Made by a program: the position numbers and the translations under genes | Notes under the pieces: model-generated | Seen by the model: only the letters and a program-made list of their open reading frames with translations | The model's database searches: none | Told to the model about the DNA's origin: nothing | From: a phage | Strand: one strand, 5' to 3' | Length of the DNA stretch: 64,000 bases | Sequence record: PZ452588.1 | Part shown: positions 57,963 to 64,000 of the stretch, one piece after another | Position numbering within the stretch: the first letter of the stretch is position 1 | Layout: every line of letters begins with the position of its first letter

Positions 57963-58931
57963 TTATTTCAGAAGAGTAACCTCAGCGATTTCTTCCCAAC
58001 CGTTTTTGTCGGTCATAATAAAGTCAGCAAGATAAAGCGCAGTACGCAGTGAAACATTGCGTAAACGATTAACATTGACTTTCATCCATGATAATGCTTT
58101 ATAAGTTTCTTCATCAGAAAGACCACGCTTTTGCATCATGTCGGTTGAAAGAATAACATCTTCAACCCTGACCATAATTTCTTCATTAGTGTGAACACCC
58201 AAATCCAAATAAACTGAGCGGGACACTAATGCTTGTAAATGTGGAGCAAGTTTAGTACCACGGTCTAATTCGCGGTCAATGTCAACGTTTGTGATAAAAA
58301 CGATCGTTCCTTTAAATTCAAACTCACGCTCAATGCCTTTTTCTTCTAAGTAAGAAGACGCAGTGCTCCAGCAGACTTTACGGGTCTCTCCGGTGTCCAG
58401 AGCAGCTTTCAGAAGATTAAGAATGTCCATATCAGAGAAAACATCCACATCATCAATCAAAAGGACAGAATTCTCTTCACGATTATTCCAGAGCTGTTCA
58501 TAAAGACCGATACCGGAGATTTTACCGTTAATGCTTTTATATTCAATGTATCCATTATCATTTGCTTTATTTAAAGCTTTATCTAAAGAATACGTTTTAC
58601 CAATACCCGCCGCACCAGAGATAATTAATGAACGAATGTTTCCGTTAATAATACCATTCGTCATCATTCCCATAACATTAAATCTTTTATTAATGCGGGT
58701 TTTCATATCTTCATATGATTCTTTAACTTCTTCAACTTTTACACCATCATATGAAATGTCTGATTTGTAAACCCAAACACCGCGACGTTTACCGTCAATT
58801 TCAACAAAAACTTTACCATCTCCTTGTGCATCTACCGGAGCATTATCTGGGAACCATTCACCTAAGAGCTCAAAAGTTCCAGAGATTTCTTTACCAAAGT
58901 AGATACCCTTATTGATAGTTACAGTTTTCAT
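57963..58931 (-). CDS. P-loop NTPase (AAA-like ATPase, about 322 aa)
   Basis: Walker A GAAGIGKT and Walker B VLLIDDVD; start at ATG after GGAG SD. Confidence 0.6.
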   Translation of the reverse strand: MKTVTINKGIYFGKEISGTFELLGEWFPDNAPVDAQGDGKVFVEIDGKRRGVWVYKSDISYDGVKVEEVKESYEDMKTRINKRFNVMGMMTNGIINGNIRSLIISGAAGIGKTYSLDKALNKANDNGYIEYKSINGKISGIGLYEQLWNNREENSVLLIDDVDVFSDMDILNLLKAALDTGETRKVCWSTASSYLEEKGIEREFEFKGTIVFITNVDIDRELDRGTKLAPHLQALVSRSVYLDLGVHTNEEIMVRVEDVILSTDMMQKRGLSDEETYKALSWMKVNVNRLRNVSLRTALYLADFIMTDKNGWEEIAEVTLLK

Positions 58932-58959
58932 TTTATTCTCCAAATCCGTATCAGTTGAT

Positions 58960-58998
58960 AGTTGTATAGTACCATAAAGCTTTATGCTTGTAAACAGT
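58960..58998 (-). promoter_or_regulatory. Early sigma70-type promoter
   Basis: Minus strand GTTTAC (fwd 58990-58995) and TACTAT (fwd 58966-58971); leader matches modules at 6606 and 32405. Confidence 0.6.
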
Positions 58999-59025
58999 TT
59001 TGTGAAAAAATTTTTGAAATAAAAA

Positions 59026-59045
59026 GGGGGACCTCTAGGGCCCCC
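59026..59045 (-). terminator. Hairpin + U-run downstream of the ART-like gene
   Basis: GGGGGACC-TCTA-GGGCCCCC stem-loop; minus-strand readout followed by TTTTTATTTC. Confidence 0.55.
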
Positions 59046-59054
59046 TTTATGCTT

Positions 59055-59540
59055 TTATTCCATTTCTATTATATGCATGTTCTTTTTGCTATCAAAATAT
59101 ATGTTTTTAACTGTTAACTCCGAATTAATTGGCAATAAAAACTCTCTTTCATAATCTACCATACAAAGGTTATCATAAAGCTTGTTAAGCTTATCATCGT
59201 CAGTTTGGCCAGATTCTTCAATTGCGATTAAATTTTCTAAAATGTCAATCATAGCAGTCGAATAGTCAAAAACGTTTGCATTTTTTAACACTACTAAAAC
59301 ATTAGTCATATAGCGTTCTGCAGCAAACGTTTCAGCTATATGAGACTCACTGCTAAAGGAAGTTATTCTTTTAAATTTGATTCTCCTATTAACTTCAAAC
59401 TTATAAGATAGTACTTCCTCTATTGTAAGTCCTCTAAAAAGCACGTCTTTAATCTCAAGTTTGTCTTTAATGTAATCATTAACACGCTTATGATTAAAAT
59501 CATTAATTTTGTTGCCAAGGCATTTCATTAAAATATGCAT
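59055..59540 (-). CDS. Predicted ADP-ribosyltransferase-like protein (Mod-family paralog, about 161 aa)
   Basis: R-S-E-type motifs LFRG, SFSSESHIAETFA and EREFLLP aligning with ModA/ModB in this window; start set at first ATG (track ORF starts at TTG). Confidence 0.5.
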   Translation of the reverse strand: MHILMKCLGNKINDFNHKRVNDYIKDKLEIKDVLFRGLTIEEVLSYKFEVNRRIKFKRITSFSSESHIAETFAAERYMTNVLVVLKNANVFDYSTAMIDILENLIAIEESGQTDDDKLNKLYDNLCMVDYEREFLLPINSELTVKNIYFDSKKNMHIIEME

Positions 59541-59584
59541 TGTGTTTCTCTTCAATTTTTTAAAGAACAATTAATTAACTACAA

Positions 59585-59620
59585 ATATATTATAATATGC
59601 TTTATGATAGAAGTAAACAA
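59585..59620 (-). promoter_or_regulatory. Early sigma70-type promoter for the ART-like gene
   Basis: Minus strand GTTTAC (fwd 59613-59618), 18-nt spacer, TATAAT (fwd 59589-59594). Confidence 0.5.
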
Positions 59621-59647
59621 CTTTGTGAAAAATTTTTGAAATAAAAA

Positions 59648-59665
59648 GGGAGCCCGAAGGCTCCC
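59648..59665 (-). terminator. C(UUCG)G tetraloop hairpin + U-run closing the upstream operon
   Basis: GGGAGCC-CGAA-GGCTCCC stem-loop; minus-strand readout followed by TTTTTATTTC. Confidence 0.6.
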
Positions 59666-59667
59666 TA

Positions 59668-60681
59668 TCATTTATAATAACTTCGGTGGTTTTCAAGATA
59701 CACCTTCTCAAGGAAGTCATCCCAGAAACCCATGTCTACTTTTTGCTGCATACCGTTCTTAGAAGCTTCAGTAGATGCTGCTTCTACTTGATCGACCACA
59801 TCTTCCAAAAACTCTTGAACTGTTTTAAATGGATGCTTACCCAACTTCACGTCGAGAATAAATGGAGCATCTTGGAGTGGATAAACCAAGTCACCAGTTT
59901 TGTAAATTTCCAATAGTTGGAGTCCACCACGACAAGCATGACTCAGAGCTTTCCAGTCAATACCTTCATTGGCTTCGGCCTTACGAGCACGTTCACCGTA
60001 TTCAGCATCAAGTTTATTCAAAGACTGCTTAAGCTCAATAAGAGAAAGCGTTGTCTGATATTTACGACCCAACACAGTGTAGAACGTTTGTGGACCTGTT
60101 TTCTCATGATTATGGAACACCCATTCACAGAATTCGTTTTCTGGAAGACGATGCTTAATATCTTCAACTTTAGTGCGACGCTGCTTAATAGAACCATCTT
60201 CTTGGTAATCAACCCATTGCTCAGGGATTTGATTAACTACTTTCAATACATCACGTAATGCAGCCAAACGAGAACCCTTGACACCGTATTTAGAAGCTTG
60301 CTTGCGGACATATCCTAAATATGATTTCATGTTAGTCGTATAAAAACGAGAACGGTTGTCTTGAATAAACTTCCACACATCAGGCAAATCTGATTTAACT
60401 ACTAGTTCAGGTGGAGTGTGAAGCATATCCAATGCTACGGTTTCACCATCTGCTGCTAATTTAAAGAAATACTTAAGACTGTATAGTTCATGGTCAATAT
60501 CATCTTTAGTGTTTTTAGATGATGTGTTGTTAGTGTTTTTACTCATGTGCTCTTTAACGTTTCCGATAAGAATATCACGAGCAGGAGGAACAAAGATTTC
60601 TTTAAAATCTACATCAGATTCTGGGGTAGAAGTTCCATAAAGATGACTACCAAAATAGCTTTTCATTACTGTTTTCATCAT
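59668..60681 (-). CDS. Predicted nucleotidyltransferase-fold protein (337 aa)
   Basis: N-terminal GS-x10-DxD signature (FGSHLYGTSTPESDVDF) and downstream VALDML acidic strand, typical of Pol-beta-like NTases; start overlaps upstream stop. Confidence 0.55.
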   Translation of the reverse strand: MMKTVMKSYFGSHLYGTSTPESDVDFKEIFVPPARDILIGNVKEHMSKNTNNTSSKNTKDDIDHELYSLKYFFKLAADGETVALDMLHTPPELVVKSDLPDVWKFIQDNRSRFYTTNMKSYLGYVRKQASKYGVKGSRLAALRDVLKVVNQIPEQWVDYQEDGSIKQRRTKVEDIKHRLPENEFCEWVFHNHEKTGPQTFYTVLGRKYQTTLSLIELKQSLNKLDAEYGERARKAEANEGIDWKALSHACRGGLQLLEIYKTGDLVYPLQDAPFILDVKLGKHPFKTVQEFLEDVVDQVEAASTEASKNGMQQKVDMGFWDDFLEKVYLENHRSYYK

Positions 60682-61139
60682 TCAGCCTTATATTCAATAA
60701 CAGGACATACTTTAGCTTTACGAGCTTTTAAAAATTCAACGATAACCGATTTCTTGGGTTGAATAGGAGGTAAACCTTTATACGCCCTATCAATATTTTC
60801 TACGTGTAAAGCATAATCCTTTTTCCATTTATAATCTTTATATTTTTCACGCAAATGTGCAGGAATAACAAATGAACCGATAATAAGTAAAACAACCAAA
60901 AGCGCAAGTATAAATGCTGATGGAAGCAAAGTCCATAAACTACCAAAAATAAGCCAACGCTGTAGGCTTTCTGCACAAATAATTGTTAGCCCTACGAGTA
61001 TAACACACCCAAAAATAGAAACGAAAAATGTAGGAATGGCAATAGACCAAAAATATGCGCATAGTGTCTTAGGTCGTTGCCATTCATCGTTAAACAATTT
61101 GAATAATTTATAGTGCCAAGAGTTTTCATTAATAATCAT
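60678..61139 (-). CDS. Membrane protein (153 aa, two predicted TM segments)
   Basis: Hydrophobic segments FVSIFGCVILVGLTIICA and ILALLVVLLIIGSFVI. Confidence 0.55.
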   Translation of the reverse strand: MIINENSWHYKLFKLFNDEWQRPKTLCAYFWSIAIPTFFVSIFGCVILVGLTIICAESLQRWLIFGSLWTLLPSAFILALLVVLLIIGSFVIPAHLREKYKDYKWKKDYALHVENIDRAYKGLPPIQPKKSVIVEFLKARKAKVCPVIEYKAE

Positions 61140-61141
61140 AA

Positions 61142-61663
61142 TTATCCTCTCATTGAAGGCGTAACAGTTGTTAAATACTTAATCATAGCTTCAGCTTCTG
61201 ATTTTGATAATGAAATTTCTCCATTGTTTTGACGAATAGAAATAAAATCCGGATGACGGTCACCACCAGCTTTTAAAACACACATATAAGTATCAACTTC
61301 ATCTTCAATATTTGAAATGATTGAAGCAGTTCCACATGAATGCGGTTTTTGATAAATCAATGCAGCTTTTCTTCCGCCATTTGACTGTTCATAAACTTTT
61401 AATACATCAAACAAATCACTTCTTTTATCAATAGCTAAAATGTTATTTTCATCTTCAATGTTAAATCCTTCGGATACTTCATAAAGTGTCACCCATAAAT
61501 CGCCAATATCAATAACAGCGTTCACTTTTCCATGACTTTCAAGAGCATGACAAATTTTCTTGATTTCGTCATAACTCATTTTAATAATATCATCTCCTTG
61601 AATAAGAAAGATGTCATTTTTAAATTCAACACGAATTAAACCACTTCCACTTGAAATAAACAT
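61142..61663 (-). CDS. Hypothetical protein (173 aa), paralog of the next ORF
   Basis: C-terminus KSEAEAMIKYLTTVTPSM aligns with KDEAIALKTYLDSVIPTM of ORF 61670-62224. Confidence 0.55.
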   Translation of the reverse strand: MFISSGSGLIRVEFKNDIFLIQGDDIIKMSYDEIKKICHALESHGKVNAVIDIGDLWVTLYEVSEGFNIEDENNILAIDKRSDLFDVLKVYEQSNGGRKAALIYQKPHSCGTASIISNIEDEVDTYMCVLKAGGDRHPDFISIRQNNGEISLSKSEAEAMIKYLTTVTPSMRG

Positions 61664-61669
61664 ATTTCC

Positions 61670-62224
61670 TCACTTTGAAATCATAGTTGGAATGACAGAA
61701 TCAAGATAAGTCTTTAGCGCAATAGCTTCGTCTTTGGTAAATGTGACAATATGTGCTCGAGAATCATCATTTTGGCGAACAAGTACGACATCGCCATCTT
61801 CATAAGAAGTCTTGACATCCAAAGTCGTAGTATAATTTGCAGCTACTGGATTAATAATGTTAGCACCGCGATCTTTAGCCCATTGAAGTTTAGCCTTTTC
61901 AGGTGTTTCGACTGTTTCAGATTCCAAGAATTCTTTCACCTTGGCAACGAATGTTGCCCAATTGTTAATAGAAAGACACATAAATTCAGTTTCAATATTA
62001 CCGCCGTAAAGGCCACGATAAAAACGAACTTGGAGGTCGTCTGTAATATTAGTTACACCGGTAACTCCTGAGGGAGCATAAGATAAAATCGCAGCCAGTT
62101 CCATAGGAAGAATAGTAATACTATCGTCTTCCTGCGTCAGAACGTATACATTACCGCGTTTTTCGATAACTAGGTCACCGAACAAATCAGTTGTTTCAAT
62201 TACAGCTTTCATATTATTTACCAA
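61670..62224 (-). CDS. Hypothetical protein (184 aa), paralog of the preceding ORF
   Basis: Shared C-terminal motif with ORF 61142-61663. Confidence 0.55.
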   Translation of the reverse strand: MVNNMKAVIETTDLFGDLVIEKRGNVYVLTQEDDSITILPMELAAILSYAPSGVTGVTNITDDLQVRFYRGLYGGNIETEFMCLSINNWATFVAKVKEFLESETVETPEKAKLQWAKDRGANIINPVAANYTTTLDVKTSYEDGDVVLVRQNDDSRAHIVTFTKDEAIALKTYLDSVIPTMISK

Positions 62225-62399
62225 TTAAAGTTTCAATATAAGAATCGAGATTTACTTTAGCTTCTTCCATAAGAGTTTTGTATTTAATCTTGTTGGCATG
62301 TCCGGAAAAAGCTGATTCATCAATAATTGTTGATGTATGAACAGCTTTACTATACGTCTCAATTAATTCTCTTAATTTAAAAGCCTGCTCACTTGTCAT
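62214..62399 (-). CDS. Hypothetical protein (61 aa)
   Basis: ORF with GAGGAG SD. Confidence 0.5.
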   Translation of the reverse strand: MTSEQAFKLRELIETYSKAVHTSTIIDESAFSGHANKIKYKTLMEEAKVNLDSYIETLIGK

Positions 62400-62527
62400 T
62401 ACATACTCCTCTGAATCATATCAATAATGTTATTCACCAAATTATAAGTAAACATTGGGTAATTATATTGAATCATTACATACACAACAAACAAAACTTT
62501 CATTCTCTTCTCCTTGACAGTTGACAA

Positions 62528-62563
62528 GATTACTATACCATAACCTTGCCAACTTGTAAACCG
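62528..62563 (-). promoter_or_regulatory. Early sigma70-type promoter heading the 62.4-59.7 kb operon
   Basis: Minus strand GTTTAC (fwd 62556-62561), 18-nt spacer, TATAGT (fwd 62532-62537). Confidence 0.5.
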
Positions 62564-62726
62564 TTAAATGTTGTTTTCAATAAAATTTTGAAGCTTTGTG
62601 TGAGCATCAACCATGATTTTCATTTCTTCCTTTGCGAAAGCTGTACCTCTTTCCCGAGAAGAACACTCATAGTCAGAAACTGCATTAGCATATTCTTCAA
62701 TTAGTTTCATTAAAAACATCTGCTTT

Positions 62727-62921
62727 TCAGTTTTCATTATTCCACCTAATCATTTCAAGATATTGAACTAACTTAGCTTTAGATTTGTCCAAATCCTTTT
62801 TAGCTGCTTCTATACCGTCGTATGAATATCCTTCACAATGCTCAACTGCTAATTGGTATGAATCTATTTCAATATCATGCGCTAATTTAATGATTTTTTC
62901 AAACTGTTCGCGTGTTAGCAT
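62727..62921 (-). CDS. Hypothetical protein (64 aa)
   Basis: ORF. Confidence 0.45.
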   Translation of the reverse strand: MLTREQFEKIIKLAHDIEIDSYQLAVEHCEGYSYDGIEAAKKDLDKSKAKLVQYLEMIRWNNEN

Positions 62922-62923
62922 AA

Positions 62924-63142
62924 TTAAACTCTCGTATTATGATCGATAATTTCATCAAGAAACATATCTAACGCTTCTAAAGCATTATCAACTTTAGCTT
63001 CAAGTTCTTCAATACCTGATAAGGCAAAGTTAATGCGTTCCTCATCTGCTTTACGAATTAAAGCTACCAATTCCTTAATTTTATCAGCTTGTTCGATACT
63101 AATCATTATTCCACCACATATGAAAGAGAGAATATTGCACAC
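62924..63142 (-). CDS. Hypothetical protein (up to 72 aa)
   Basis: ORF; start may be an internal Met. Confidence 0.45.
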
Positions 63143-63294
63143 GCCATGTGAGTTGCAACTTCATCACACATATTATAACGTTTCTTAAGAAGTTCTACAA
63201 GTTCTTCACTAGTAACTTCATCCATGTCGACGAAAAAATCACCATTAATGATGACGTAGATATTTCCTTCTTGATTGAGTGCTTCAATTTTCAT
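63106..63294 (-). CDS. Hypothetical protein (about 62 aa)
   Basis: Start set at ATG after GAGGAG SD; the track extension overlaps the promoter at 63308-63345. Confidence 0.45.
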
Positions 63295-63389
63295 GATGTT
63301 CTCCTCTTTATCCGATGGTTGTATAGTACCACAGCTCAAACGGAAAGTAAACCGGTAAAATGAAAAAAGTCTCCCGAAGGAGACTAATG

Positions 63390-63776
63390 TTATTCGAGGG
63401 AAAGAAGATACTTACTCTGGTAAAACATTCCAGTAATATCATCTATCGTGCTTTGGATGGCTGGAGGCATTTCTTTATAAATGCTGTTAGATTGGTCTAG
63501 TATGTGATCAATCATTTTAATTGTGTCGGTAGGAAGTTTACTGGCATCTGGAATTGAAGGTGTGTATTTTCTACCAGAATACCCCAAATATTGCTCACCA
63601 AATTTATCAATCAAATCTGGCAACTCGGAGAAAATAAAATCGTATGCTTTGTGTCTAGCATAACTTTTAGTTTCAAAATGTGCAGAATGAAAATAAGCTT
63701 GTGCAGCCATTAATAAACCTAAGTATTCATCTGCCTTTGAAGGTTTTCCACTTTGTGAAAAGTCGCTGAATTTCAT
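63390..63776 (-). CDS. Hypothetical protein (128 aa), rI.-1 position
   Basis: ORF immediately downstream of rI, followed by UUCG hairpin at 63359-63374. Confidence 0.55.
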
Positions 63777-64000
63777 TCAGTCTCCAATTTAATGTTCATA
63801 ATTCTAGCGTATGATTGTGCCATCTCCGCGCCTCGTTCTATACATTCAAAATCAGAAGAGCACGGGTCATTTTTATAGGTCGTTCTCATAAAACTATAGA
63901 ATTGTTCAGACGATTCTACGCTTTTATTTTCAAAAAGCATATAAACGTGCCTAATACCAGATTCCATAAATTTATCAAAATGAGGATCGACATTCGCTTC
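63773..64000 (-). CDS. rI: Antiholin RI, C-terminal portion (N-terminus beyond window end)
   Basis: Translation ...[64 protein letters not shown] resembles the recalled periplasmic domain of T4 RI; frame stays open to the window edge. Confidence 0.6.
   Translation of the reverse strand, partial: EANVDPHFDKFMESGIRHVYMLFENKSVESSEQFYSFMRTTYKNDPCSSDFECIERGAEMAQSYARIMNIKLETE

Noticed and set aside
1-64000. CRISPR array, tRNA/rRNA genes, transposon or integron structure
   Set aside because: No regularly spaced direct repeats, no cloverleaf-sized structured segments, no integrase or transposase-like ORFs; the hairpins are isolated intergenic stem-loops.

Overview
This window is a contiguous stretch of a T-even (T4-like) coliphage genome. 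It starts in the 3' end of holin gene t (plus strand) and then runs about 64 kb through the leftward-transcribed early/middle region, almost entirely on the minus strand. Gene order is collinear with the T4 map as I recall it: asiA, arn, motA, 52, ac, stp, ndd, denB, rIIB, rIIA, 39, motB, dexA, dda, srd, modA, modB, soc, 56, 61, sp, dmd, 41, 40, uvsX, a glycosyltransferase, 42, imm, 43, regA, 62, 44, 45, rpbA, 46, 47, agt, 55, nrdH, nrdG, nrdD, 49, nrdC, a cluster of unnamed ORFs, then the start of rI. All protein calls rest on recalled T4 sequences, motifs, sizes and synteny; no database search was run. The genome differs from reference T4 in ways that look T2/T6-like: gene 39 is one uninterrupted 606-aa ORF, nrdD is intron-free, no homing-endonuclease-sized ORFs are present, and the uvsX-42 slot holds a 282-aa glycosyltransferase rather than a T4-type beta-gt. 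Intergenic regions carry many copies of a hairpin-plus-early-promoter module and C(UUCG)G tetraloop hairpins. The most interesting candidates are a third Mod-like ADP-ribosyltransferase ORF flanked by promoter/terminator cassettes, an adjacent operon ending in a nucleotidyltransferase-fold protein, an opposite-strand small membrane ORF where T4 carries dam, and four tandem ORFs with C-terminal coiled coils. No tRNA, rRNA, CRISPR array or transposon was seen.
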